A stretch of DNA of 64,000 nucleotides from Vicinamibacteria bacterium (GCA_963555995.3 OY821641.1:2752001-2816000); one strand, 5' to 3'. Counted from the first letter of the stretch, positions 18,868-29,170 are shown. Translations and numbers: made by a program. Notes: generated by a model from the sequence alone, not told the origin.

Positions 18868-19545
18868 TCAGGATCCCTCGGGGTCCGCGGCGCGGTACAA
18901 CCAGGCCGCGAACGGCGTCGCGAGGAGCGCGCCCGCGATCTCCATGAGCACGAACATCGGAGCGTCTTGGGGCCGGATGCCGCAGAAGGTGTCCGTGAAG
19001 CTCCGCGCCAGCGTGACGGCCGGGTTCGCGAACGAGGTCGAGGCGGTGAACCAGCAGGCCGCGAAGATGTAGATGCCCACCGCGGCCGCCACCGCCCGCG
19101 GGCGGACCTTGATGCAGCCGAAGATGGTCAGGATCAGCCCGAACGTGGCCACCACTTCCGAGACCCACTGGCCGGGTCCCGTACGCACCTGGGTGGCGGT
19201 CTGCAGGAGCGGCAGGTCGAACATCAGGTGCGTCACGAGCATCCCGGCGAGCCCGCCCGCCGCCTGCACGACGACGTAGAGCCCGGCGTCGCGCCCGGAG
19301 ATCTCCTTCCGGAGCAGGAAGGCCAGCGTCACCGCCGGGTTGATGTGGCAGCCGGACACCGGGGCGAAGAGCCAGATGAGGACCACCAGACCCGCGCCGA
19401 TGGCCGCGGTGGTTCCGATGAGCGCCACTCCGTCGTTCCCGCCCGACAGGTTGACGGCCATGATGCCGGCCCCGATGATCACCGCGAGCAGGCCGGCGGT
19501 GCCGAGGAATTCGGCGGCCAGGCGCCGGAGGAGCGTCGTACTCAC
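18868..19545 (-). CDS. MIP/aquaporin family channel (AqpS-like subgroup)
   Basis: AEFLGT, SGCHINPAVT, WFTASTSFANPAVTLAR (two NPA motifs). Confidence 0.9.
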   Translation of the reverse strand: MSTTLLRRLAAEFLGTAGLLAVIIGAGIMAVNLSGGNDGVALIGTTAAIGAGLVVLIWLFAPVSGCHINPAVTLAFLLRKEISGRDAGLYVVVQAAGGLAGMLVTHLMFDLPLLQTATQVRTGPGQWVSEVVATFGLILTIFGCIKVRPRAVAAAVGIYIFAACWFTASTSFANPAVTLARSFTDTFCGIRPQDAPMFVLMEIAGALLATPFAAWLYRAADPEGS

Positions 19546-19647
19546 GCGGGCGACATTGTGCCATTCACCGTCCGTCTCCGCCGCGGCCGCCGAACGCCAC
19601 TACGATCCTCACCGCCGGTTTCGATTCGTCCGGGAGACCCGCCGACC

Positions 19648-21132
19648 ATGATCCCAAGCGCCACCCCGTTCCGCTGTCTGTCCGCCCTGCTGTGCTGCGT
19701 GTTCGCCCCGACCGCCCTGGCTCAGGACGCCCCGATCTTCACCCGGGACTTCCCCGCGGAGGAGTTCCAGACCCGCCGGGAAGCCGTGCTGGACGCGGTC
19801 GGACCGGGAGGCGCGGCGGTCCTCCAGGGCGCCGGCTCCCCCCTCGCCTACCAGCGCTTCCGGCAGACGAACTCCTTCTACTACCTCACCGGGGTCGAGA
19901 CGCCGCACGCCTACCTGCTGCTCGACGGCGCCTCCCGCCGCTCCGTGCTCTACCTGCCGCACCGGAACGCGCGGCGGGAAGCCTCCGAGGGGCGCCTGCT
20001 GACGGCGGAGGACGCGGACCTGGCCCGGGAACTCACCGGGGTGGACGACGTGTTCGGAACGTGGAGGCTGAGCGACGACCTCGCCCGGATGGCCTGGGGC
20101 AATCGCCCGCCGACCCTGCACACCCCGCTCAGCCCCGCGGAACTCGCCGCCATGAGCCGGGATCTCGCCACCCGGGGCAACTCCGACATCGCGAACGACC
20201 CGTGGGACGGCCGGCCGTCCCGGGAGGCCAACTTCGCCGCCCGGCTCCGGGACCGGTTCCCCAAGCTGGACATCAAGGACCTGTCGCCGGTGCTCGACCG
20301 GCTGCGGCTGGTCAAGAGCGAACGGGAGGTCGCCCTCATCCGCAAGGCGACCGACCTCTCCGGGCTGACGCTCATGGAGGCGATGCGCTCGACGCGTCCC
20401 GGTATCCACGAGTACGAACTCGACGCCGTCGGGAAGTTCCTCTTCTTCCGGGACGGCGCGCAGTCGGAGGCCTACTACTCGCTGGTGGCGACCGGGACGA
20501 ACGCCTGGTACCCGCACTACCACCGGGGGGCGAGCCGGCTCGAAGATGGGCAACTGATCCTCATGGACTACGCCCCGGACATCGGCTACTACACCAGCGA
20601 CGTGACCCGGATGTGGCCGGTGAACGGCGTCTTCAGCGAGTGGCAGCGCGATCTCTACGGGTTCTACCTCGCCTGCTACCGGGCGATCCTGGACGCCATC
20701 CGGCCGGGCGACGTGGCGACCATCATGGGCGAGGCGGCGACCCGGATGGAGGAGCTGGCGCGGACCTGGCCGTTCACCAAACCCCACTACCGGCCGGCCG
20801 CGGAAGCGTTCGTCGCCGCCTACCGGCGCCGCGCCTCGGGACGCAGCTCGATGGGGCACGGGGTGGGGATGGCGGTCCACGACGTGGGCGACGCCGACGG
20901 GACGCTGACCCCGGGGATGGTGTTCACCATCGAACCCCAGTTTCGAGTCCCGGAGGACCGGATCTACATCCGGCTCGAGGACGTGATCCTGATCACCGAG
21001 GACGGCGCTGAGAACCTCTCGGAGTTCGTGCCGCTCGAGATGGACGCCATCGAGGCGTTGATGGCGGAACCGGGGTTGCTGGATCTCTACCCGAGCCCGC
21101 TCGGGGGTCGTCCGGAACCCCCGGGCGAGTAA
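19648..21132 (+). CDS. Secreted Xaa-Pro aminopeptidase (M24B family)
   Basis: Signal peptide (...ALA-QD), RQTNSFYYLTG, RLVKSERE, MDY...YYTSDVTR, GHGVGMAVHD, FTIEP, RLED. Confidence 0.9.
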   Translation: MIPSATPFRCLSALLCCVFAPTALAQDAPIFTRDFPAEEFQTRREAVLDAVGPGGAAVLQGAGSPLAYQRFRQTNSFYYLTGVETPHAYLLLDGASRRSVLYLPHRNARREASEGRLLTAEDADLARELTGVDDVFGTWRLSDDLARMAWGNRPPTLHTPLSPAELAAMSRDLATRGNSDIANDPWDGRPSREANFAARLRDRFPKLDIKDLSPVLDRLRLVKSEREVALIRKATDLSGLTLMEAMRSTRPGIHEYELDAVGKFLFFRDGAQSEAYYSLVATGTNAWYPHYHRGASRLEDGQLILMDYAPDIGYYTSDVTRMWPVNGVFSEWQRDLYGFYLACYRAILDAIRPGDVATIMGEAATRMEELARTWPFTKPHYRPAAEAFVAAYRRRASGRSSMGHGVGMAVHDVGDADGTLTPGMVFTIEPQFRVPEDRIYIRLEDVILITEDGAENLSEFVPLEMDAIEALMAEPGLLDLYPSPLGGRPEPPGE

Positions 21133-21307
21133 CCCGGTCCCGGCCTCGTCCGTCGCTTGGTCGCATTCTGACGGCGGTTTCGTTGATTTGACGGTCAATT
21201 TCACGGAACGGCCGTTGTTTTGACACTCGCCCGGGCCGCCGGATGGGGCACGCCGCCACCCGCGCGGGACAGGCAGAAGCGCCATCGCGCGGATCGGCGT
21301 TTCGACG

Positions 21308-21438
21308 TGCGCGGCGCGGAGCTCCGCGCGTGCCGGTCTGGAGACCGGCGTTCCAAGCCGTACGCGCACTCCAACGCGAGCGGCCCTACGCGGCTCCGCC
21401 CGCCTGCGGCGGGCTGTGCCGGCTGAAGCCGGCGTTCC
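21308..21438 (-). repeat. Two tandem REPs (type A 21330-21354, type B 21416-21438)
   Basis: Both are followed on the + strand by AAGCCGTACGCGC. Confidence 0.85.
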
Positions 21439-21520
21439 AAGCCGTACGCGCTTTCCGCGGGAACGGGTCCGGGCGACGCGCGTTCTGACTTTGGGGGAGA
21501 ATTGGGGCGGAGCGATCCGG

Positions 21521-24013
21521 ATGCTGCACGAGTTCGCCGAGGCGCTGAAGAGCCTTTCGAAACGGCCGGGGTTCGCCCTGCTGGTCTGCGTTCCGCTCGC
21601 GCTCGGGATCGGGGCGACCTCGACGGTCTTCTCGGCGGTTTACGGGGTGCTGCTGAAGGCGCCCGACTACCGGGAGCCCGAACGGTTGATGCAGGTGTGG
21701 GAACGGCGGCCTCGGCTGCCGATGCCGGACGAGGTGGCGGCGTTCTCCACCGACCACTTCCGCCGCTGGCGCGACGCCAATACGGTGTTCGAGGGGCTCG
21801 CCATGTACGGCGACCGTCCCGTGGCGTACCGCGGACTCGCGGCGGCGCCCGGCGAGCCGCGTCCGTTGTCCGCCGAACAGGTGTCACCCGAGCTGTTCGA
21901 GATCCTGGGCGTGCCGCCCGTGCTGGGACGGGCTTTCCGTCCCGAGGAGGCGACGCCGGGCCGGGACGCGGTGGTGATGCTGAGCCATGCGTTCTGGCGA
22001 CGCGAGTTCGGGGGCGACCCGGAGATCCTGGGGCAGGCGCTCAGCCTGAACGACCGGAGCTTCGAGATCGTCGGCGTCATGCCTCCGGACTTCGGCTTCC
22101 CGATCCCCACCACCGAGATCTACGTCCCCTACCCGACGGAGCCGCCCGCCGACCTCCAGCCCGGCCAGGTCCGGCTCGAGCTGGTCCAGGTGGTGGGCCG
22201 GCTGCGGGACGGCGTCAGCATCGAGCAGGCCGAGGAGGAAGCCGCGGCGCTCATCGCCCGGCTGAGCGAGGAGAGCGAGATCCAGCGGATGCTCAACGAG
22301 GGGGTGAGCGTGCACCTCGGCTCGTTCACCGAGCGTTCGACGCGCCGGATCCGGCAGCCGCTCATGGCGCTCTTCGGGGTCACCCTGCTCGTACTGCTCA
22401 TCGTCTGCGGGAACGTGGCCAACCTGCTGCTCACCCGCGCCGCCTGGCGGGAACGGGAACTCGCGGTGCGCAGCGCGCTCGGCGCAGGCCGGTCGCGCCT
22501 CTTGCGCCGGCTGCTCGCCGAGAGCGCGCTGCTGGCCGCCGTCGCCGGAGCCGTCGGAACCCTGCTGGCGGTGGCCGGGGCCGGCCTGGTGCGTTCGCTG
22601 ACCGTCCTCGGCCTGCCCCAGCTCGCGGCGGCGAGCGTGGACCTGCGGGTTGTCGGCTTCACCTTTGCCGTCGCCGGGCTGGCCGCGCTGGTGTTCGGAA
22701 CCCTGCCGGCCCTGAAGGCGTCGTCGCGTGACCCGGCGGCGGCCCTCGACGCCTCGGCGCGCGGCGAATCGGCTCCGCTGGGCGGGAGTTCGCGCGGCCT
22801 GGGGCACCGGGGCCTCTTCGCGGCCCTCCAGCTCGCGTTGGCGCTCCCGCTGCTGATCGGCGCCGGCCTGCTGACCCGGAGTTTCGTCGCCCTGGTGAGC
22901 GCGCCGCCGGGGTACGAGCCCGAGAACACCGCCGTCTTCGAGGTCCAGGTCGCCGCCGACCGCTACCCGGACACCGCGGGACAGACCGCGTTGTTCGACC
23001 GGGTCCGCGAGTCGCTGGCGGCGGTCCCGGGGGTCACCCGGGTGGGCGTCGTGGACACGCTTCCGCTGAGCGGCGAGCGGGCCGTCATCGGCTTCCAGCG
23101 CATCGGCGAAGCGCCGGTCACCGACCCAAACCAGGTGCCGCGCGCCCTCTTCCGCCGCGTGTCACCGGGGTACTTCCAGGCCATGGGGATTCCGCTCCGG
23201 GAGGGGCGGGCGTTCGAGGAGAGCGACCGCTCCAACCCGGGCGCGGTGTCCATCGTGAACGAGAGCCTCGTCCAGCGGTACCTGTCCGACCCGCCGGTCG
23301 GACTCGAACTGGCGGGCATGGGAGCGATCGTCGGGGTGGTGGGCGACGTCTACGAAGAGGGTGTGGACACCCCGCCCGAGCCCATCCTCTACCGCCTGGA
23401 CGGCGACGAACGGATGCCGGGAGGCGGCGACGTCATCCGGAGGAGCGTGGTGCTCCGGCATGCGCCGGGCGCCGCCGTCCTGGAAGCCGCCGCCGCCCGG
23501 CTCGGGGAGGTGGACCCCGAGCTGGCCGCCCTGAATCCCCGCACGCTGGGAGACCGCATCCGGGAATCGGTCGCCCAGCCCCGGCTCTACGCGCTGCTGC
23601 TCGGCGGCTTCGCCGCCGCGGCGCTGCTGCTCGCCGCCTGGGGCGTCTTCGGGGTCGTCGGGTTCCAGGCGAACGCGCGGATTCCCGCGCACGGGGTGCG
23701 CATGGCGTTCGGTGCCACTCCGGCGGACATCCGCCGGCTGGTCCTCCGCGACGCGCTGCGCATCGCTGCCTTCGGGCTCCTGCCCGGGCTGCTCCTCGCG
23801 TTCGTGCTCGTGCGGCTGGCCGGGAGCGAACTGAGCCCCCTGCTCTTCGAGATCACGCCGCTCGATCCGGTGGTCTACGCCCTGGTGCCGCTGCTGCTGC
23901 TCGCCGCGGTGCTGGCGGCGGCGCTTCAGCCCGCCACCGCCGCCAGCCGCCTGAACGTGGTGCAGGCGCTTCGCTCCGAGCATCCGCAGGCCCGAAAGAG
24001 CTGGTTCGCCTGA
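21521..24013 (+). CDS. ADOP-family (Acidobacterial duplicated orphan permease) MacB/FtsX-type permease
   Basis: RPGFAL...LALGIGA..VFS, GVMPPDF, LLIVCGNVANLLL..RERELAVRSALGAGR..L, duplicated second half with HGVRMAFGA. Confidence 0.9.
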   Translation: MLHEFAEALKSLSKRPGFALLVCVPLALGIGATSTVFSAVYGVLLKAPDYREPERLMQVWERRPRLPMPDEVAAFSTDHFRRWRDANTVFEGLAMYGDRPVAYRGLAAAPGEPRPLSAEQVSPELFEILGVPPVLGRAFRPEEATPGRDAVVMLSHAFWRREFGGDPEILGQALSLNDRSFEIVGVMPPDFGFPIPTTEIYVPYPTEPPADLQPGQVRLELVQVVGRLRDGVSIEQAEEEAAALIARLSEESEIQRMLNEGVSVHLGSFTERSTRRIRQPLMALFGVTLLVLLIVCGNVANLLLTRAAWRERELAVRSALGAGRSRLLRRLLAESALLAAVAGAVGTLLAVAGAGLVRSLTVLGLPQLAAASVDLRVVGFTFAVAGLAALVFGTLPALKASSRDPAAALDASARGESAPLGGSSRGLGHRGLFAALQLALALPLLIGAGLLTRSFVALVSAPPGYEPENTAVFEVQVAADRYPDTAGQTALFDRVRESLAAVPGVTRVGVVDTLPLSGERAVIGFQRIGEAPVTDPNQVPRALFRRVSPGYFQAMGIPLREGRAFEESDRSNPGAVSIVNESLVQRYLSDPPVGLELAGMGAIVGVVGDVYEEGVDTPPEPILYRLDGDERMPGGGDVIRRSVVLRHAPGAAVLEAAAARLGEVDPELAALNPRTLGDRIRESVAQPRLYALLLGGFAAAALLLAAWGVFGVVGFQANARIPAHGVRMAFGATPADIRRLVLRDALRIAAFGLLPGLLLAFVLVRLAGSELSPLLFEITPLDPVVYALVPLLLLAAVLAAALQPATAASRLNVVQALRSEHPQARKSWFA

Positions 24014-24109
24014 CGAGTTCCGGCCCTTCTCCCGAGTCCGGGAGGGGAACGTTCGGCAGGGCATCGGCGTAGCAAGCCCCCGAACGAGACCGACATAGGA
24101 TTCGCCAAG

Positions 24110-25627
24110 TTGTCAGGAATTCCACGCAGGTGGCGCCTCCTCGCCGCGCTGGCCATTGCCGGGGGCGTGGTCCTTCTCCGATCCGGGTCCGAAGACGCGG
24201 AGGAGCCGGACGACGGGGAAGCGGCGCCGGCGAGCATCGTTTCGGACTGCGCGCCGGGGGAAGGACCCGAAGGTGCGCTCTGCGGGGTCCTCGAAGTCCT
24301 GGAGAACCGGGCCGATCCCGAGGGCCGGAAGATCGGCCTGAACATCCTGGTCCTGCCGGCCACCGAACAAGACCCCGAGCCGGACCCCGTGTTCTACCTG
24401 GCCGGCGGTCCGGGGCAGGCAGCCACCGAACTGGCGGCGCTCCTGCGGGGCCTGGCCCCGGACCTGTTCCGCAACCGCGACTCCGTGTTCGTGGACCAGC
24501 GCGGGACCGGAGACTCCAACCCGCTGACCTGCGATTTCCTCGAAGAGCGGACCGGGTACTTCGACGGCATGCCCGAAGAGCTGTCGGAGGACGACTGGCA
24601 GGAGTGTCTGGACTCGCTGGACGCGAGCCCCGGGCACTACACCACGCCGGTCGCCATGGACGACCTGGAGGAGGTGCGGGTCGCCCTGGGGTACGGGCCC
24701 ATCAATCTGTGGGGCGGCTCCTACGGCACCCGGGCCGCCACCGTGTTCCTCCGCCGGCATCCGGACAGCGTCCGGAGCGTCGTCCTCGACGGGGTGGCGC
24801 CGGTGGACATGCGCATCCCGCTCCACTTCCCCGAGGACGGGGAGCGGGCGCTGCACCTGCTCACCGCCGCCTGCGGCGCCGACCCGGCGTGCGACGCCCG
24901 CTTTCCCGGCCTCCGGGACTCCATCGAGACGCTGCTGGCGAGCCTCGACCAGGACCCGCCCCGCGAGTACCGGATCCGCCACCCGCGCACCGGGGACTGG
25001 CAGGAGGTTCCCTTGGGCCGCGAGTTGGTGGCCGGGGTGCTGCGGGCGGTGCTCTACAGCCCGCAGAGCGCCGCGCTCGTGCCGCTGATGGTGGAGAGCG
25101 CCCTCGACGGCGATTTCGGACCCCTGATGGTCTTCGCCGACCCGGTCGCCGGGCCGCAGCTCGCAATCGGCATGTTCCTGTCGGTGCTGTGCGCCGAGGA
25201 CGTCCCCTTCCTGACCCTCGACGAGGCCGCGGACGCCGCCGAGGAGAGTTTCCTCGGCGAACTCATGACCGAGCAGATGCTCGAGGCGTGCGCCGTCTGG
25301 CCACGCGGCGAGCTCCCGGACGGCTATCGCGAACCGGTGCGTTCGGACGCGCCGGTGCTCATCCTGTCGGGGGAGCTGGACCCCGTCACCCCGCCGCGCT
25401 GGGGCGATCACGCGGCGGCAACCCTTCCCAATTCCCGCCACCTGGTCGTTCCGGGGACCGGGCACGGCACCCTCCAGGCCGGCTGCGCGACGCGTCTGAT
25501 CGGCGAGTTCTTCGACAGCGCCGATCCGGCGGGCCTCGATGCATCCTGTCTCTCCGCGGTCGCCCGGCCGCCGTTCTGGCGGTCGGCCACCGGTCCCGTA
25601 GACCCGAAACCGGGCACCGAACAGTGA
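24110..25627 (+). CDS. Alpha/beta hydrolase, TAP-like peptidase family, membrane-anchored/secreted
   Basis: LAGGPGQA, DQRGTG, WGGSYGT (nucleophile), GELDPVTP, GTGHG. Confidence 0.85.
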   Translation: MSGIPRRWRLLAALAIAGGVVLLRSGSEDAEEPDDGEAAPASIVSDCAPGEGPEGALCGVLEVLENRADPEGRKIGLNILVLPATEQDPEPDPVFYLAGGPGQAATELAALLRGLAPDLFRNRDSVFVDQRGTGDSNPLTCDFLEERTGYFDGMPEELSEDDWQECLDSLDASPGHYTTPVAMDDLEEVRVALGYGPINLWGGSYGTRAATVFLRRHPDSVRSVVLDGVAPVDMRIPLHFPEDGERALHLLTAACGADPACDARFPGLRDSIETLLASLDQDPPREYRIRHPRTGDWQEVPLGRELVAGVLRAVLYSPQSAALVPLMVESALDGDFGPLMVFADPVAGPQLAIGMFLSVLCAEDVPFLTLDEAADAAEESFLGELMTEQMLEACAVWPRGELPDGYREPVRSDAPVLILSGELDPVTPPRWGDHAAATLPNSRHLVVPGTGHGTLQAGCATRLIGEFFDSADPAGLDASCLSAVARPPFWRSATGPVDPKPGTEQ

Positions 25628-26355
25628 TCCGGGTCTCCGGCCTCCGCAAGACCTTCGGCGAGGTCATCGCCGTGGACGACGTGAGCTTCGCCGCGGAAGA
25701 CGGAGCGATCACCGGGCTCCTCGGCCCGAACGGCGCCGGGAAGTCCACGACGCTGCGGATGCTGTACGGGCTCATGGCGCCGGAAGCGGGCGAGGTCGCG
25801 GTGGACGGGGTCGACGTCCAGCGCCGGACGATGGCGGCGCAGGAGCGGATCGGGGCCCTCCCCGATACCCACGCCCTCTACCCGCGGCTGACCGGCCGCG
25901 AGAACGTCCGCTACTTCGCCCGGCTCCGCGGCATCCCGGCGGCCGTGACGGAAGACCGGCTGGACGAGTTCGTCCGGCTCCTGGACATGGCGGACTTCGT
26001 GGATCGCCGGGCGAAGGGCTATTCCCACGGGGAGCGTTCACGGGTGCTGCTGGCCCGGGCGCTGGTCCATGAACCCCGGAACGTTCTGCTGGACGAGCCG
26101 ACGAACGGCCTCGACGTGATGAGCACCCGGCGGATGCGGGACCTCATCCGGGAACTGCGGGGCCGCGACTGCGCGGTGCTCTTCTCGAGCCACATCATGC
26201 AGGAGGTGTCCCTCCTCTGCGATCACATCGTGATCGTCGCCGCCGGCCGGGTGGTCGCCGCGGGCTCGCCCGACGCGATCCGCGAGGCGGCGGGCTGCGA
26301 GGACCTCGAGGACGCCTTCGTGCGGCTGACGAGTCCGGCGGTATCGGATGCGTAG
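25624..26355 (+). CDS. ABC transporter ATP-binding protein (NatA-like)
   Basis: GLLGPNGAGKST, YSHGE signature variant, LLDEPTNGLD, FSSHIMQEV. GTG start overlaps the upstream TGA. Confidence 0.9.
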   Translation: MIRVSGLRKTFGEVIAVDDVSFAAEDGAITGLLGPNGAGKSTTLRMLYGLMAPEAGEVAVDGVDVQRRTMAAQERIGALPDTHALYPRLTGRENVRYFARLRGIPAAVTEDRLDEFVRLLDMADFVDRRAKGYSHGERSRVLLARALVHEPRNVLLDEPTNGLDVMSTRRMRDLIRELRGRDCAVLFSSHIMQEVSLLCDHIVIVAAGRVVAAGSPDAIREAAGCEDLEDAFVRLTSPAVSDA

Positions 26356-27511
26356 CGCCGGCGTCGTCTTCCGGAAGGAACTCCTCGACGGGTTCCGGGA
26401 CCGGCGCGCCTTCATCGCGGTCCTGGTCTCGATCAGCATCTTTCCCATCGTGATGCTGGTCATGGGCCGCTTCGCCGAGGGCATTCAGGACGAGCTCCGG
26501 AACATGGAGCTCCCCGTCGCCGGGCGGGAGAACGCTCCCGCGCTCGTCGAGTGGCTCGGCCAGCAACCGGGTCTGGAGTTGACCGCCGCTCCCGAGGACC
26601 CGGAGTCCGCGGTGCGCAACCGCGAGGCGGACCTGGTGCTGCGGATCCCGGCGGACTACGAGGAGCGGTTCGCCGAGGGACGGCCGGCGGAAGTGGAACT
26701 GGTCGCCGACAGCTCGCGGACCGCCGGGGGAGCCAAGGCGGGCCGGGTGACGCGGCTCCTCGAGAGCTACGGGCAGGAGGTGGCCGCGCTGCGGCTCGTC
26801 AGCCGCGGGATCAGCCCGATGCTCGTCCGCCCGCTCGCCGTGGAACGCGCGGAGGTCTTCAGTTCCCGGCGGCGCCGGGCGTTTTCCGCTCTCGGCTTCA
26901 TCCCGTTCTTCCTGCTGATGAACGCCTTCTTCGGCGGCATGCAGATCGCCTCGGACGCCATCGCCGGCGAGCGCGAGCGGGGCTCCATCGAGGCGTTGCT
27001 GCTGAACGCGGTCCCCGCGCGGTTCCTCATTCTCGGGAAGTGGGCGGCGGCGGCGGTGTTCGCCGTCTTCCTGACGCTGCTCGGCATCGGGACCTGCGTC
27101 CTGGTCCTGCGGTTCATGCCGGGCGCGCTGAACATCTCGCCGAGCGTCACCGACTGGGTCCTGGTGGCCCTCACCGCAATCCCGCTCGCGCTCTTCTGTT
27201 CGGCGATCCAGGTGGTGCTCTCCACCTACGCCAAGTCCTACAAGGAGGCGCAGACCTACTTCGGGTACGTGGCCTTCCTCCCGATGATCCCCTTCTTCGC
27301 GGTCACCTTCAATTGGGTGGAACAGGGGACCTGGACCGCCTTCATCCCGATCCTGGGCCAGCACTTCATGATCCTGAACGTGATGGCCGGCGAAGCGGTG
27401 GCGGCCTGGGAGCTGGCGCTGGCGGGTCTGATCGCGCTGGGGGCGGCCGCGGCGCTCCTGCGGTTCGCCTCAAGCCTCTTCGTTCGCGAGAGCGTCGTCT
27501 TCGTCCGCTAG
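26348..27511 (+). CDS. ABC-2 transporter permease (NatB-like)
   Basis: VFRKELLDGFRDRR, IAGERERGSIEALL, KSYKEAQ. Confidence 0.88.
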   Translation: MRSAGVVFRKELLDGFRDRRAFIAVLVSISIFPIVMLVMGRFAEGIQDELRNMELPVAGRENAPALVEWLGQQPGLELTAAPEDPESAVRNREADLVLRIPADYEERFAEGRPAEVELVADSSRTAGGAKAGRVTRLLESYGQEVAALRLVSRGISPMLVRPLAVERAEVFSSRRRRAFSALGFIPFFLLMNAFFGGMQIASDAIAGERERGSIEALLLNAVPARFLILGKWAAAAVFAVFLTLLGIGTCVLVLRFMPGALNISPSVTDWVLVALTAIPLALFCSAIQVVLSTYAKSYKEAQTYFGYVAFLPMIPFFAVTFNWVEQGTWTAFIPILGQHFMILNVMAGEAVAAWELALAGLIALGAAAALLRFASSLFVRESVVFVR

Positions 27512-27554
27512 GACGGGGGCCGAACCCCGACCGGCCCGATAGCAGGTACGGCTT

Positions 27555-27602
27555 GGAACGCCGGTCTCCGACCGGCACGCGCGGCGCTCCGCGCCGCGCA
27601 CG
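27555..27602 (+). repeat. REP-like palindrome, type A
   Basis: GGAACGCCGGTCTCCGACCGGCAC plus GCGCGGCGCTCCGCGCCGCGC. Confidence 0.8.
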
Positions 27603-27614
27603 GCGCGACGCCGC

Positions 27615-28292
27615 TCATTCAATGGGGCGCGTACGGCCGGGACCAACTCCCACCACCGCCAACGCCTGGATCCGGCGGCCTTCGAGCCGGTACTTGCGTT
27701 CGAAGTTGGACCCTGCAAGTTCTCCCTCGTTCGCCGAAGCGGGCGGTTCGTAGCGGCGGCGGACCAGCTTCGGCCGCGCCCCCAGCGCCGCTTCGATCTG
27801 ATCGAAGTAGTCCGGATCGTCGGTCACCACCCGGAGCGGGGCCCCCGCGGCCAGCACCCGCTCGCAGGCGGTGAGGAACTCCGGCTGGATCAGCAGCCGA
27901 CGGTGCGCGTGCCGCCGCTTCGGCCAGGGGTCCGGGAAATACATGTGCAGTCCGGCCACCGACCCATCCGGCATCGCGTCCAGCGCTTCCCGGGCGTCGC
28001 CGCGGACGATCCGGGCATTGGGCCGCTCCCGCCGCCGCAGCCGGTCGGCGGCGTAGAGCCAGTAGCGGCGGGCTCGCTCGACTCCCAGGAACAGGGTGTC
28101 CGGACGGAGCTCCGACTCCGCGACCAGGAACGATCCCTTCCCCGATCCGATCTCCACTTCGAGGGGGGGCGCCTCGCCGGGGGCCCGATCGAACAGCCGC
28201 CGCGGATCGAAAGGCCGTTCCACCGTCTCCAGGTCGAGTCCGTACCCACCCGGATCGGCGTCCCGGCGGGTTCGCACGTGGCTTCGGCCCAT
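27615..28292 (-). CDS. trmB: tRNA (guanine-N7)-methyltransferase
   Basis: EVEIGSGKG, FLGVE, YFPDPWPKRRHAHRRL, VVTDD, SNFERKY. Confidence 0.93.
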   Translation of the reverse strand: MGRSHVRTRRDADPGGYGLDLETVERPFDPRRLFDRAPGEAPPLEVEIGSGKGSFLVAESELRPDTLFLGVERARRYWLYAADRLRRRERPNARIVRGDAREALDAMPDGSVAGLHMYFPDPWPKRRHAHRRLLIQPEFLTACERVLAAGAPLRVVTDDPDYFDQIEAALGARPKLVRRRYEPPASANEGELAGSNFERKYRLEGRRIQALAVVGVGPGRTRPIE

Positions 28293-28319
28293 GGCCGGGG
28301 GTCTTTCCGCGGAATCCCC

Positions 28320-29117
28320 TCAGCGGGCGGGGTCGCTCCGGCGCTGGCTGAAGAGCCACTCGTAGAGCCCCTCCTCGCGATAGGCCGGAATCCAGGAGTT
28401 GTGCCGCACCCCCGGGTACTCCGTGTAACGGGGCCGGGCTCCCGCGGCCTCCAGCGCCGCGACCATGCGCCGGGACTCCTCGGTGGGCACCCGGCGGTCC
28501 TCCGCGCCGTGGAACACCCACACCGGGATATCGGCGATGATCCGCGCGGCCTCGGTCCAGGGATCGTCCGGGTGCGTGGCCGACGGATGCCAGTCGGGCA
28601 CGGGCATCCGCGTCCGCCGCGTGGTGATCCCGCCGCAGACCGGAACCAGCGCCGCGAAGCGCTCCGGATGGCGGTAGGCGAGAGCCCACGTCCCATAGCC
28701 GCCGAGCGACAGCCCGGTCAGGTAGGTGCGCTCCGGGTCGCCGCCGAACTCGGCGACCGCCGCGTCGAGCGCGGCGAGCGCCATCGCCTCGATCTCGGGA
28801 GTCCCCCACCAGGCGCCCCGCGGGGATTGGGGCATCACCACCAGCGCCGGAAAGTCGGACCGCTCGCGGAGCACCGCGGGCAGCCCGATCTCGGTCTGCC
28901 GCACGCCGTCGGTTCCCGTTTGCCCGGCGCCGTGCAGGAAAAGGACGACGGGAGGATTCGTGTCCTCGCCGGACAGCACCGCCGAGGGTACGAAGACCTG
29001 CCACACGTAGGTTCGGCCGTCCAGCTCGGTCGTCCGGGGAAGGACCCGCCCGTACTCGGCGGTGGCCGGGGAACCCGTCAGCAGGGCCAGCGCAAGACCC
29101 AGAAGAACGCCGCGCAT
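28320..29117 (-). CDS. Secreted alpha/beta-hydrolase (peptidase S9/esterase-like)
   Basis: Signal peptide, LFLHGAG, YLTGLSLGGYGTW, WVFHGAED, YTEYPGVRHNSW. Confidence 0.85.
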   Translation of the reverse strand: MRGVLLGLALALLTGSPATAEYGRVLPRTTELDGRTYVWQVFVPSAVLSGEDTNPPVVLFLHGAGQTGTDGVRQTEIGLPAVLRERSDFPALVVMPQSPRGAWWGTPEIEAMALAALDAAVAEFGGDPERTYLTGLSLGGYGTWALAYRHPERFAALVPVCGGITTRRTRMPVPDWHPSATHPDDPWTEAARIIADIPVWVFHGAEDRRVPTEESRRMVAALEAAGARPRYTEYPGVRHNSWIPAYREEGLYEWLFSQRRSDPAR

Positions 29118-29170
29118 CGCGCGGGATGCTACAGCGGGACGGCCCCGGAGCGCGCTCGGTCGCGATGGTC

